DNA from: Phoronis australis
Taxonomy: Eukaryota > Animalia > Phoronida
Direction: 5' to 3'
Assembly (NCBI GenBank): GCA_002633005.1
Contig: NMRA01000148.1
Coordinates: forward strand, 248,001-312,000
Length of the DNA: 64,000 nt
In this document: positions 13,801 to 26,215 of the stretch, piece by piece
How positions within the stretch are numbered: position 1 is the stretch's first letter
Layout: each line of letters starts with the position of its first letter
Program-made: the position numbers and the translations under genes
Notes under the pieces: model-generated
Database searches by the model: none
Told to the model about the DNA's origin: nothing
What the model saw: the letters and a program-made list of their open reading frames with translations, nothing else

Positions 13801-15809
13801 AAAAATATCGCAAATATCAGCAACTCTACACAAACTTCAGATTTTGGCCAACCCTAAAATTTGCTAATTCAAAAATGGCACATTTATACTGTGCCTGTGA
13901 CTTGGGTTGGTAAAAGATATTGAATGCTATCTCAGTAAGGAATGTTATGAGACCAGTTTTTTGACAGTAAAAGTCCCCTAACTTGGTTTTCATTTCCATC
14001 TGAAACATTTCTTGTGTGATCTATTTATTCTGGTTTGTAATGCGTACTTTTTGTGATTTCTAGTCTACTTAAAGTTCATCTGGCGCTACGTGGATTCAGT
14101 GTGTTCCTGGACATTGAGAAGTTACGAGCTGGCAAGTTCGACGAGAGTTTACTGAATAGTGTGAACAATGCACGGCATTTCATTCTTGTGTTGACGCCCA
14201 ACTCACTGGACAGGTGCATTGGTGACAATATGAACAAAGATTGGGTTCATAGGGTAAGCCGGTTATTGAATTATTGTAAACATTATTTAGTTTAGGGCTG
14301 TTGTTCAAAACTTGAACATGGAACAGCATTTAATTTTGGTGGTTCATATGTTTCATGGAAAATGATAAAAAATCACTTGACGGCCATACTGTGTCCTTAG
14401 TTAGCTATATTTCACCATATATAAGTAATTAATATTTTACCATAGTTAAAGTAGACAGACTCAATTTCAATCTGGTTATCACACCCTGTTTGGTCCCATC
14501 TTGCAACCTTAATATTTTCTTGTTCATACTATTACTTCTTTATGTAAAAGACATGAGTTGTATTTTCACCATAAAATCTGACGTTGCTATTATTTTTGTA
14601 GAATTTATTCATAAAATCTCTGTTCTTTTTCCCTTTCCAGGAAATAGTTGCTGCCATTTCAAGTGGTTGCAACATTATACCTGTCATGGACAGTTTTGAT
14701 TGGCCAAATCCAGAGCAGCTGCCTCAAGACATGAGAGCTGTAGTGCGTTTTAATGGCATCAGGTGAGACAATTAGTTCATGTCAACTATAGGTGATGTTA
14801 AGGACAACAACACAATCCAGTGTAAGTCAGTGTAGACTATAGGTGATGTTAAGGACAACAACACAATTCAATGTAATTCAGTGTAGACTATAGGTGATGT
14901 TAAGGACAACACAATTCAATGTAAGTCAACTCTACTACACTTTTAAAGCTGCTATGAACTCACTTTCTATCAGAAAAGCTAACTTCATCATAAAACTGGT
15001 CATGACCTGTTCATAGAGGTGACTTGTGAAGGCTATTTCATGAAAGTTGACTTAAAATACAAGTGAGAAATTTGGTATTACGCTCCACACAACTATTCCT
15101 GAAAAATAATGAAATCTCACTTGAGCAAAAATACAAAGTCTGTTAGAACAATATACACATAATAACGAGTTACTGAGTTAATTTCTAGATTGATGCGCTC
15201 ATAATTACTTGTCTATATATAAATCTTTTTTTTTCATCAATTGGGAAGTGGGAGTGGAATGCCGGATTTCTGTCTTAAGTCTTCAGTCACTTTCATGGAT
15301 CAGACCCCTGACAAGCAGCACTGACAATGCTTAATGCTGGGCTCACCACATCAATTGAACTGCTGAAGCAAACCAACTTATTTACTAAATGTTACTCCTA
15401 AGATTTATGCAATTGTCAGTTTTTCTTATGCCAAGAAAATCACTTAGTATAAGTTGAGTTAGTAACAAATCAAGACCTGGTTTATAATATGGTAAGTGTT
15501 TCAATAAAAAAATTACTGTTTTTACAGAAGAGGGTTTGCATCAATATTAATCTGTCGACTCCTATTAGTACATGACGTATAATAGTTTCCGCTCTTGCCA
15601 ACAGGTGGATTCACGACTATCAAGATGCTTGTGTCGACAAACTTGAAAAGTTCCTCATTGGTGAGAGGTCCCCCACTGGTAACCTAGGTTTATTAAGTCC
15701 AGACACAACAGTTTCGGATATCCATGGTTACGGACCAATGTTTGGCAAAACTAGTCTTACGTCCAGCGAGAAATCATCGCCAGATAATGCAGACGCCCTT
15801 CCTTATTGA
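3452..15809 (+). CDS. SARM1: SARM1 NAD(+) hydrolase (ARM-SAM-SAM-TIR), whole gene, 8 coding exons
   Basis: join(3452..4867,9313..9489,10422..10546,11248..11483,13343..13460,14064..14253,14641..14762,15605..15809) = 2589 nt, 862 aa + stop. All introns are GT-AG and phase-consistent. Contains SARM1 hallmarks [60 protein letters not shown]. Confidence 0.96.
5122..5452. mobile_element. Foldback/MITE with ~105-bp inverted arms in SARM1 intron 1
   Basis: gagtgaagatcccttttggaaccaaagaaccgtaccttgatg... (~5132) is the reverse complement of ...catcaaggtacagttctttggttccaaaagggatctttactc (to 5442). No coding capacity evident. Confidence 0.8.
9313..9489 (+). CDS. SARM1: SARM1 exon 2 (end of ARM, start of SAM1)
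   Basis: aagcag|GTG...CAG|gttagc; [12 protein letters not shown]...[25 protein letters not shown]. Confidence 0.93.
10025..10250. repeat. 75-bp tandem repeat x3 (SARM1 intron 2)
   Basis: Unit ttctgttcatagcaatattactaatgataactgttggggtggtaaaattctatttacagaatgacttagccatct at 10025, 10100 and 10175. Confidence 0.93.
10422..10546 (+). CDS. SARM1: SARM1 exon 3 (SAM1)
   Basis: ttccag|ATT...AG|gtgagt; [41 protein letters not shown]. Confidence 0.93.
11248..11483 (+). CDS. SARM1: SARM1 exon 4 (SAM2)
   Basis: ctgcag|G TTC...AGA G|gtgtgt; [18 protein letters not shown]...YTYQML...[14 protein letters not shown]. Confidence 0.92.
13038..13143. repeat. 18-bp minisatellite, ~6 copies
   Basis: (a/t)ctgcatgacctgaaccc repeated. 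Confidence 0.92.
13343..13460 (+). CDS. SARM1: SARM1 exon 5 (linker and TIR start)
   Basis: ttacag|GA...AG|gtcagt; ...[18 protein letters not shown]. Not in the ORF track; translated by hand. Confidence 0.92.
14064..14253 (+). CDS. SARM1: SARM1 exon 6 (TIR)
   Basis: ttctag|T...AGG|gtaagc; [30 protein letters not shown]...DWVHR. Confidence 0.95.
14641..14762 (+). CDS. SARM1: SARM1 exon 7 (TIR, begins with catalytic Glu)
   Basis: ttccag|GAA...AG|gtgaga; [40 protein letters not shown]. Confidence 0.94.
14785..14930. repeat. ~50-bp tandem repeat x3 just downstream of SARM1 exon 7
   Basis: actataggtgatgttaaggacaacaacacaat...tgtaagtcagtgtag repeated. Confidence 0.88.
15031..15308. mobile_element. 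Harbinger-like MITE family, copy 1
   Basis: Imperfect TIRs ggctatttcatgaaagttgac / gtcactttcatggatcagacc. Shares internal sequence (ttacgctccacacaa, agcaaaaataca) with copies at ~22929 and ~33510. Confidence 0.6.
15605..15809 (+). CDS. SARM1: SARM1 terminal coding exon
   Basis: caacag|G TGG ATT CAC GAC TAT CAA ([17 protein letters not shown]...), TGA at 15807-15809. Confidence 0.88.
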
Positions 15810-18720
15810 TTGTTATTGTTTTTCTTGTTGGTCTATGTTAGATTAGGCTCAGTTTTGTGGATATATCATGTCTATTTCAGTATTTTCCTTTACTGTGTCA
15901 GCCAATACCTGTGTGTTTCATCTTACACTTGTGCATAAAATAGTTGTCTTCCCACAGATTGGTTGATTGAGGGCGCAATTAATGACCTGCCTCATGAGCT
16001 TAGCTAGCGTGTTTTCATGGGGATTTTCTGTTCAATTGAGAGAGGCACCTTTTGCTTGAACAGGTCAGCAACGCTCAGACTTGGGTGACTAATTGACCAC
16101 TTCTCTTCTCTTCGTAACAAAGCCATTTTTTCCGATAAATTACTGTTCACAACGCTTCTGGCTACAATATTTTAAATATTTGTATAAAAAACATTTATCA
16201 ATTTTTAGTAACGACTCCAAGCTCCAAGCAGGTACTATGTTGTGTCTCAGGCACAACAGAATTGTCATCAAATCTCACCAAGTCATCCATTTTTACATTT
16301 TTTTTTTGTAAATGTGATGTGTCGCATGCATAAGAGTGTAGCCGCGTGAAGTAATAGTCATAAATGATATTTCTGTTCTAGTCTGCTTTACATGAGTAAG
16401 AGCTCTTCCATTGCTGTAGGCTTATGCATTATTGAGTTTATTTATATTTATATTTCATTGTTGCTGTGCAATACTTTGCAGCAAAGCTAGCCTCACACCA
16501 TGAAACAGTTGTTGTTGACAGGCATGCTATTAGCATCATATATTAATTTTTAGGAGATTACAGTAAAATATGGTATGAGTTGTTGTTAATTTTGTTTCCA
16601 TTCGTATGTTTTTAGTGAATTTGCATTTTTGTGTCACTGAGATTGTAAACCTTGGCAACAACATCAAATATTCACTGTGTAACATACTCTATTCAGGAGC
16701 AGGTGATTGTCTGTGATACTCAAAGTTGGAGTCGGAGTACTTTGGCTGTAAGAGGCTGTTGATTCACAAATATGTGGTGCCCGCTATTGCTCCTGGAGGT
16801 TTCATGTTTTTGTTGTATGTTAATTGTCTAGAGTAAGGAAGCTCAAAACATTTATTGCATAGGTTAACACTAGCGTGTTTTATCGGTTCTAGTGAGAGAG
16901 ACATCTCTAGTTAGAACAATTCACCACTGTAGCAAAGCTCAGTAGCGCTATTTAATTGCCAACTTTTTTATCTTTGAAAGTTCACCAGGTCGTTCACAGC
17001 ACTTCTACCAACAATATTTAATGGTATGGATTTTATTTATGAAAGTAAAATCCCTGTAAGGACTATGTAGAATGTGTTTTGAATGTGACGGAAGCCTTGC
17101 CAGATCTTGTCTTATCACCTGTCGATTACATTAACAGATAAATGCAATACGTTGTGTGCAAGAGTATATTCCAAGTGTTTCTGTATGGCCATAAAAGAGC
17201 TCAAAAATCATTATTATGTCACATATGATTGAAATGTTGTCTGTCAATACCAGGTGTAGGGACAGTTCAAGTGTTTGTGTTTAATGCATTGTGTGTTCAT
17301 AGGCTTAAAAAGGATTAGTAGTTTTGTGTTATAGGTGTAAGTAATTTTTGCGTTTTTAGCTGAAAACAGTGAATTTCTTTGTAGTAAAATCTGGTATGTA
17401 AAGCCATGGCAATTAATGCATTTTGGGAACATTTAAAGATGCAGCGACCTCAATGGGGCCATAACATTTCTTCAGATGTGAGGCCATTCGTAATTTTTCT
17501 TGGTTTGTGTTTTCTACTAACTACTGCCAAAGTCGTGTTAATAAAGTATTGGTTGGCTAAAACCTTTTGATGAAAATGTTGAATAAAAAACAAAAAAAAA
17601 CAACACAACACTGTTGTGAATATCACATTCAAGCGAACACTTTTGTTCCTGCTGCTATGCAGCGGTCACCTAATATGAAGCCATGGGCATACTATGCCAA
17701 GTTTTACAATAAGTTGTTAGTCCTTGTGCACACTTGTATGTTATCACTTTATTGTTGGTTTTGTTGGTAATGAATATATAAATCGAGGTAAAATTTGTGA
17801 ATTTAAGTACAATGCAACTGCCAACACTGCTCAACATTTGTGAGGAATGCAGCAGCTTTCAGTTCTCAAGCAGCATTGGTCACATGTCATGACATCACAG
17901 GTCATTGAGTGCATCATTCTACAATGTTGATGGTGTTGCTCACAATGAAATTGCATTGGCGTTTATGCAGGTAGACAGATAGTTCATGTTACATGGGATT
18001 TTCCGATCCCAATAGTCATCCTAAAGAGAATGAAACTTGTCAATGAAATTGGAGGAGGTTCATTTCCACTGCCAGCCAAGATGATGAATATTCCACCCAT
18101 CTTAGATTGTAAGAAGGTATACATGTGACCATCCCCCTGTATGGGTTATTACCAGAATATAATGATGGAATACAACTCTTTAGGCTATCACAAATGTTTA
18201 GACTTTTGAACGCAGTTCAGTGTTATGAACTTCTCTGTCATCTTAAATTTGCAACAGGCCTAAAAGGTGCAATAATGCCCGTCTCTGTTAAAAACAACTT
18301 TCAGTCTTGGCCACCTGTTGTCATAAATTGGTATCAATTTGTTCCTTATTCGGAGCTGATTAATGATTTCTAGGCTTGAGAAGTACTTTCCGGGCTCATT
18401 GGGTTTGGTGGTCAGTCACGTGGCATAGTTTCAGCTGCGGAAGCCGATCATGACAGTCTTGGAAATTACGCACGTTTTAATTAGTGTAACGAATTTCTGT
18501 TAAAATAAATTAATGCAGAACGCGATAACGTTGCTTTGAAAGAAAAACAAATGTGTTTAGGACCAGAACATTTGTTTACGGCTTAGAATTTCCTCTTTAA
18601 GGGGATTTTCTCTTTTGGTTTCGATTTGCTCCTATGTGATTTCCAGTTTCTTCTTTTTTCGTCTCTTTTTATCATTATTTTGACTTCATTCATGCACAAA
18701 TGATTATTTCAGTTAAATTG

Positions 18721-19647
18721 TTCATCATAAAAATATTTCTATCACACAAGCCTATTTATTTGTGGAACGATACATCACCTGGAAAATTTTCCTCTTTTTT
18801 GTCATTGGTTATGCCAAGCCCTGTTAGCTAAAGCTTCAATGGGAAATTGTAGAAAACTTACGCGGTCGTACTTTGCAATGGAATCCAGACTTAGGGATGA
18901 ATAAAGTGAATCGATAAGAGAACATGCGAGGTCTTAAAGTGCTAGCGAAAACGTCAGCAATGAATTTTGGTGTAACTCAAAGTGCTAGCAAACGTGACAC
19001 TTGTAACTGTTCATGTGAATTGTTTTTTTTTTTGCTGCTAGCGAATGGTCTAACGTTTTCGCCAGTGTGTGTGTGTGTGTTTATTTTATTTTATTTTTTT
19101 TTTGCTGCTAGCGAATGGTCTAACGTTTTCGCCAGTGTGTGTGTGTGTGTTTATTTTATTTTATTTTTTTTTTGCTGCTAGCGAATGGTCTAACGTTTTN
19201 NNNNNNNNNNNNNNNNNNNNNNNTTCATCATAAAAATATTTCTATCACACAAGCCTATTTATTTGTGGAACGATACATCACGTGGAAATTTTTCCTCTTT
19301 TTTGTCATTGGTTATGCCAAGCCCTGTTAGCTAAAGCTTCAATGGGAAATTGTAGAAAACTTACGCGGTCGTACTTTGCAATGGAATCCAGACTTAGGGA
19401 TGAATAAAGTGAATCGATAAGAGAACATGCGAGGTCTTAAAGTGCTAGCGAAAACGTCAGCAATGAATTTTGGTGTAACTCAAAGTGCTAGCAAACGTGA
19501 CACTTGTAACTGTTCATGTGAATTGTTTTTTTTTTTGCTGCTAGCGAATGGTCTAACGTTTTCGCCAGTGTGTGTGTGTGTGTTTATTTTATTTTATTTT
19601 TATTTTTTTTGCTGCTAGCGAATGGTCTAACGTTTTCGCCAGTGTGT
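18721..19647. repeat. ~480-bp near-identical duplication across an N gap, containing ~60-bp tandem units with (TG)n
   Basis: 18721..19199 is repeated from 19224 onward; N run at 19200-19223. Confidence 0.9.
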
Positions 19648-20326
19648 AAATGGGGTATGAGAGACTCACGGCTGATCTGATGCCTCTGAGTGCAATTTCA
19701 CGGACACTACGCCCTGGGTGAATAGGCCTTTTATGATAAGGACCGGAGCCTTGTGCCTCACGTCTGACTTAGGCGCACACAGCGAGGCAAATTGTTCACT
19801 GACCTGCGAACTACTTACCTAATAAACCAGCGAAAGATGTGTTTTATTTATTTATTTATTTACATAAAAAGGTAGAACTTAGTAGTCGCTTGTATGGTGA
19901 CATGTTGGAGTATATACTTTAATCCCAGTTCGCAACATTTGTGATCTCGCCTCATTTCAAGTTGTAGAGTTATTTATTTACCCGAGTTGAGCTGCCTGTA
20001 CTGCTCGTTAACGTACTCTGAGAATTTGCTGCATCAACGTGTAAATTAGCTGCATACTTGAATTGAACACGAAATACGTGGCTCAAATTTTCTTTCCAGT
20101 GAACAGACGGGAAGCACCTAATTACCGAGTTACCCGATTGGAGTGATCGTCCTTACAGACTAGATCCGCAGCGTTTCTGAGTATGGTTCGAGCTCTATGG
20201 TTTTCACCTTTGCACAGTGAATGGATCCGGAACACCATTTTTCCCCTACAAACAAAACTTGACGTTTCGTTACCTATTGTATGGATTTTGGACGTGATTA
20301 TAATCAGCTGTTGTCGGAAAAATTAC

Positions 20327-21262
20327 TAAGGGCCACTTGACATCTGTCTCGAAAATTTCGTGATGACGGAGGTTTGTTTCTCATGTTGCGGAAAAAATAC
20401 CCAGTATTTGGGATTCAAAAATGCTTCAGAAAATATCGAGAGTGGTCAGCCCTTCAGTCGCAGATTATCTCAATTCTAACTTGATTCAGTTGGAACTGCG
20501 ATTCTCATGGTAGGGAAGATTTTTAGCCCATTTCTGGTAGACAGTTTGGGCACATTTTTGATTTAGCAAAGAAAGGGGAGGTTAAATGCATTCATTTGCT
20601 GATTTGGGGATAGTTCTGATACAGAAAAAAAGACGTTTTTGCTCAGTTTCAACAACCCAGTTTGATTGCGAAAAGCACCATTTTCCGATGGCGTATTTAA
20701 CACTCTGTCCTAAAAAAAGTTATCGAGATCTTTTTTATCAAAACTGAAGTTACTGACCTAAAAATACCAAAACTTGTCAGCAGTACCTCCACCCATCGTA
20801 ATTTTGCTTTTACGCACTTCACTCAATCCAGAGCGGACAACAAGTTGTTTATAGAATAACGATTTGTCAGACAGTATATTTTTCAACCCCACTAAAAATC
20901 TTCGCTCTGAACGAGTACGAAATGAGAGTAGTTTTATTACAACAGGCCTTGAGTGGTTTCGGTAAAAGATATTTTGGATATCGAAAGTGGAAGGACTGGG
21001 CTGGTGGATGGTGGCTTCACCCACACTTTTTGCCAAAAACAACTTCATTTAGGCCAGTTACCGTTATCCGAATGATTTCTATGCTTGAGATGAACTGGCA
21101 TACTATAGAAGAGAAAAATGTCTTCGGAAGAATGGTGTTTTTCAACACCAGAACTGGATGAAAGCGGTTCAGTAAAGCGGCCACCCTCTGCTTTCGCCAC
21201 AAGAACTAACTTTTGTGATTCAAACAACCTACTGTTGTGAAATTAGTCTGCACTGGCCCTTA
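20327..21262. mobile_element. Possible Kolobok-like non-autonomous DNA element
   Basis: Termini ctaagggccacttgac... / ...gtctgcactggcccttag (short imperfect TIRs, TTAA-like flanks). Confidence 0.35.
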
Positions 21263-22928
21263 GCTGGTCGTGAGTGTATAAGATTTCACCAGAGCCGGAT
21301 GATCAATTTTTTGTATTTTCAGCTCTAGGTTTATGTATTTTAAAGAAATGTTTGACATTATGTAGTTTTTAATCGGTAAAAAGTTTGGTAAACACAAGTA
21401 ACAACAAATTTTAACAATATGAATGGATTCTTGAAGCCAATGGCAAAATGAGCGCCGAACTGAAAATTCCCGCATTGTAACCCTACGAATTGAAACATTT
21501 ACTGCTCTACAGGAGTCGGGTGAATTTTGTGACATTTTGTTCGAACATCAAAACTGTTAACTGTGTCAATGTTTACTTTTCGTAATTATCTCAAATGAGC
21601 ACACATTCACTCGGTTTCAGAAGCAGGCAAGTGAATAGACGTGCTATTTATCAAAGCTCGCAATGACCAAAGTTTGTGGGGCAACAAAGAATCGTGTTTG
21701 CTGTTAGGGGCGTTCTTTTCACTCCTATCGCCGTCTCTATACTTTGTCGAGACGCGTAGCTCAAGAGTATTGTACATTTACCATAAAGGATCTCGAAATT
21801 AACAAAAAAGAGTACAAAACGAATTGATGGATCGTCCAACCAGTTGTACTCACTAGTTCATTGAAAGGATATAATATCGCGTTTTTCGTGCTAGCCACAA
21901 CGTCCCCCTCAGGCTCGCTAGTAGTCAGCGCGATGCATTTGCTATAACTGTGCGGCACTATTGAGCCACACTAACATTTCAATAAGCTGCTGTCCCATTT
22001 ATATAATTCTGAATCCTAGTCCAAATATACTAATTTTTCAAAATTAAGATCACCGAAGTCCACTGAACGGAAATTCAAAGTTTAGAGTGAATAATTAACC
22101 AGCCACAGCAAAAAGTATACAAAACAACACCACTTGGACTCCTAAGACTTTTTGATTGACTAAGCCAAACATTTACTAACAAATATGTAAATGTAACGTT
22201 GAGATATCGAATTATATTTTTTAATGAGAGCATCGAACAAACTTTCCCTTAAATCCAGAGTACATACTAATTAATAAAAATACCAACCTCTGATCATGCA
22301 AGCACTAAAAATTTGTTTCAACAGCATGGGACCTACTATTCCCCAACTGATGTTTTTAAATGTCTCTACACACAGACTCAAAACCAAAAACCATGTTAAC
22401 AATGAGTGTTAGTCAAATTGGTGGACAATTTATTAGTATTGATAGCAAGATTTTTACAACAGAACAGCTACCTATTATCCATATCATCCATATGGAAGAG
22501 TATCCTGACAGCGGACTGACACCTAGCAGGCAGCGAAGAAAAACCAACTGCATTTCCAACAACAGTTAAATTTACAAGTCATGTAATAAGTTCCACTATG
22601 AACTGTAAAGCATGCATAGTATTTAATAAAAACATGAGAAAATTTGAATCCGATATCAGCAGGAAAATTGATCACAAAACTGGCTTAATACAGTTTTAAC
22701 TTCACCATCAATGTCCCAAAACGAAAAATAAAATACAATAAAATCAACTCTTATTCGAAATGTATTAAAAAGGTTTACAACAAATAAAGTTTTCATTGCA
22801 ATAAAACCAGAAAATATTTTTTCATCTATAAAGAAACAATTTTCAAATAAAATTTATCTGCCACAAAAAACGTTTGGCATCTCAATGCCACAACCAAAAT
22901 AATAAATACTTAGACTTCACAAAGAGAA

Positions 22929-23151
22929 CAGTAGTCTGTCTCACGAAAGTGACTGTAGTCCTAAGACAGAAATCTGGCATTACATTCCCACTTCACAAGT
23001 GATGAAAAAAAATGGCAAGTAATTAGGAGTTCATAACTTATGGAAATTATCTCAGTAACGGGCAATTCTCCGAGACTTTGTATTTTTGTGAGGAGCGTAA
23101 GACCAAATTTCCTTCTTAAGTCTTTAGCCACTTTCATGAAACAGATTTCTG
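22929..23151. mobile_element. Harbinger-like MITE family, copy 2 (reverse orientation)
   Basis: cagtagtctgtctcacgaaagtgactg...gccactttcatgaaacagatttctg; similar to 15031..15308. Confidence 0.55.
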
Positions 23152-24408
23152 ATACATCAATGGCACTACATACTACAAAATACCAAAAAAATTCTCTCGT
23201 TCCTTTCCGTCAGTCAGTGCATTTCACCATTTTCAGTTTTTAATACATACATCGGCATAAAAGATAAAAATTATCACAGAAAAAGCCTTTGCAGGACTAT
23301 TATGATGTAAAGCAACACAAAAAATGCCCGTCTTAGACCAAAATGATAGGCAATATAGGTCAGCTGTACATACATGTAAGCTGCTTAACTGAACAATTCA
23401 AACAGGATGGTAAACAATTGCAGAACATTTAAGAAAAACACCAAAAGTTGTTCACCTAGAGGGATACTAAAAGTTAAGGAACGTTTTGTCTGAAAGGTTG
23501 AGAAATAATTTTTACTATGAACTTTAATTAATTAGCATTATTATTCAATGTGGCTATAAACCCACCCTCCATCACAAAAGCCAACTTTTGACTTTGCCAA
23601 CTTATGTTGTAAAATCTTGGTCTCAGATGGAGACGATTTGATGGATAAGTACTGACATTTCATTTTTGCTGTAGACCAGACACTACTCAAACTAGCTTGT
23701 CACAGCATGGTCTCATTTGAACAGAGCATGGTCTCCAGGAATGACAAACTATCAATTTTGCAAACCCAGAAATCACTTCTCATATGACAGGGTTGCATTA
23801 AGAAGTCTAAATCAACAGTTTGTGGGTTTAAAGCCTTTTGAATGGAAGACACATTGTGCGGAATAAATGTGCTAAAAATTACTTTCATGGCTATACAGTT
23901 TCTTTTAGAACATACTTCTCATAGCCAAGACTAAGTAAGGGAGTTCAACAGCCACTTACTCTATTGAGAAAGCCATTTAAACAAAGCTAAATACCAGTCA
24001 ATAACCGAGAACAATAAAATTTCACCAAGTCCAGACAAAAATTTGCCAAAACTGACCTTTCATCATTTTTGAAGGGTGGCTAACATTGTTGTGAATGACC
24101 ACAGCTTTTCAAAAGATTGCTATACAAGACATGAACATTGAAAACAATTTATTTTACAGATAAGTATATTTCATGGAAAAAAATGAGAAAAATAAAATTT
24201 CACTTGACCGCCACATTGTGCCCCAAATTGGTGAGATTTTATCATAGCTAGCAATTGATGACTGAGGGTAACACACTAGTGAGATAGGAACATTGCGCCA
24301 CTTCCCTCCACAATTATTTCCCATACAGTGCAGTGAACACCACAAAAAATTTTAAAGAAAGTGTAAAAAAATGTATCACTAAGCACCAAATGAGCTTTCG
24401 GTGAACTT

Positions 24409-25683
24409 TCATGCCAGTATCAAATAATGAGCAGGCTGTTTAGTTGCATCAATATATCCTGGAGATACTTGAATCTCCTCCTCATGGTTCACGGAGCATT
24501 CCTGGGGTTTTCCACTATGGCAAGTGTTTTGTGCGCAACCAATATCTGGAAGTGAAACTGACCCAGATCCGCTGCTACTCTGAGCTTTCACTAGATATCG
24601 TTTACGACGATTAATCTTATAGCGCTGTATTCTCTCTTCCTCCGCACGTTCATCGGTGAGCGTAAATTCCCATCGGAGGGTCTCATTGAACATATCCGGG
24701 AGAGTATTTTTTCTCCTCTCTGAGCCATCTTGAATCTTAACATCCTCCACGCTAATGTCAGAGTTGTAGTTCTTTTGACTACTTGATGATGGAGATTGTC
24801 TTAGCACCGGTTTGGACTTGGTGTTAGTTTTAACACTGGATTCTGATATGTCTGTTGTCTTTTTGACAGTTTTTGTAGCTTTGGGAGCATTTTTCACAGG
24901 AGCTTTATGTTTGCGGCTTTTAGAAAATGAGCTGTCAGATTCAGTACCTGCAGAAAATGGAAAATAAGGCACCGGTCATTCACACCATGCAGAATTAATC
25001 ACGGAGAGGGCAAACAACTATTAATTGTTAATTGGGGACAACTCAGGATGAAGCAGCAAACTTTTATCACGTTAGTGCAATTTTGATTAACAAAAGATTA
25101 GATACATTTGACATGACTCAGGCTAAAATGATTAAAGGATATTTTTGCAGACAATCAAAAACAACTCAGTAGTCCATCTGTAAATTGGAGCACTAAATGT
25201 TTTCCAGTTCTAACTTTAACTAAAAGAAATTTAGTCATTCTTTTAATTAATAAACAAAGTATAGTTTTATGGCAAGTTTGGCGACACTGACCCCCAGAGG
25301 CCTGAGGTACCACCTCCGTAAGAGTCGTAAGACATGTACTAGCGCTAGTGCTTAATTGTTCTACACAGGCCCACTGGTGCCTACGATTGGACTTGTACGG
25401 CCCGTTTTAACGATCAATTTCAGTCACCTAGCTCTTCGTCAATTATACACAAGTGCATAACCCCCCTCCCCTACACACCACATGTTGCATCCGAATTCGC
25501 AGCTGGTGCTGGTGGGCCACCATTTTCCCCAACGACTTGAAGATTATCTTCAGGACACGGCTGACTTTTCCGGTTTCCACCGCACAACATCCGTGCACTC
25601 TCGGAGTTTGAAGGTGTGCCTCCGTTTATAACGCCTTGCTGGGTTACACGCGTCTTCTTTTTCTTCTTCGCAGGTTTTTTCAT
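24409..25683 (-). CDS. LIAT1: LIAT1 (ligand of ATE1 / C17orf97)-like protein, 2 coding exons
   Basis: complement(join(24409..24947,25479..25683)) = 744 nt, 247 aa. Donor TGT G|gtgtgt and acceptor ttctgcag|GT are in matching phase 1. N-terminal poly-Lys KKPAKKKKKT. NETLRWEFTLTDERAEEERIQRYKINRRKRY resembles the conserved Liat1 domain (ESLRWxxxLxDxxAExERIRIYKxNRRKRY). Confidence 0.8.
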
Positions 25684-25836
25684 GGTTTTACGTCACTATC
25701 CATTCGGCAATTTGCAGCAATCCATTAAGGTAACTTTGATATTTTCTTAGTAAACAACAGGAATCACATTGCGGAAGGTCGGTTACCAACAACGCATTCC
25801 GCTTTGCGCACCTGTCGTCGCGCAGCTGTACTATTT

Positions 25837-25849
25837 CGCCATCTAGCGG
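25837..25849 (-). promoter_or_regulatory. CTCF-like motif in the CpG-rich LIAT1 promoter region (duplicate at 26657..26669)
   Basis: Reverse strand CCGCTAGATGGCG fits the CTCF core CCxxxAGRTGGCR; lies ~155 bp upstream of the ATG. Confidence 0.5.
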
Positions 25850-26215
25850 TTAAAGAATAAACTGACTAAACTTGACAGTATTTTTCGTGGAGAAATTTCA
25901 TATCTTACTCGATGGTCAAGTTATTATTTTTTGTTGTTCCTTGTTAGCGAGTCGTACCATCCATGAGTCTATGAGCACATGGTCTTGCAAAATGGTGGTT
26001 TTAAGTATGCCTCTACCATTTCCAAGTAGAGTAGTAACATACTGACATACCTTGCCATGGTTCAATGATTTTGATTTTGTTAAAAATTGACACTGAGAAA
26101 GCTAGGGCCAGCTTGCACTTAATTCAGTGCCAGTATAACTATAAGCTATGTGTAGTTTTTCTACTGTCCTGAACTTAATCAACTGTGTAAATCAGTGGCT
26201 AATTGGGTATAAAGN

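Noticed and set aside
10025-14930. Tandem arrays as CRISPR arrays
   Set aside because: No unique spacers, no cas genes, eukaryotic intronic context.
18721-19647. Duplicated ORFs MRGLKVLAKTS... (18924, 19427) as a gene pair
   Set aside because: They lie in sequence duplicated across an N gap and run into (TG)n/poly-T. Most likely a scaffold overlap artefact with no protein features.
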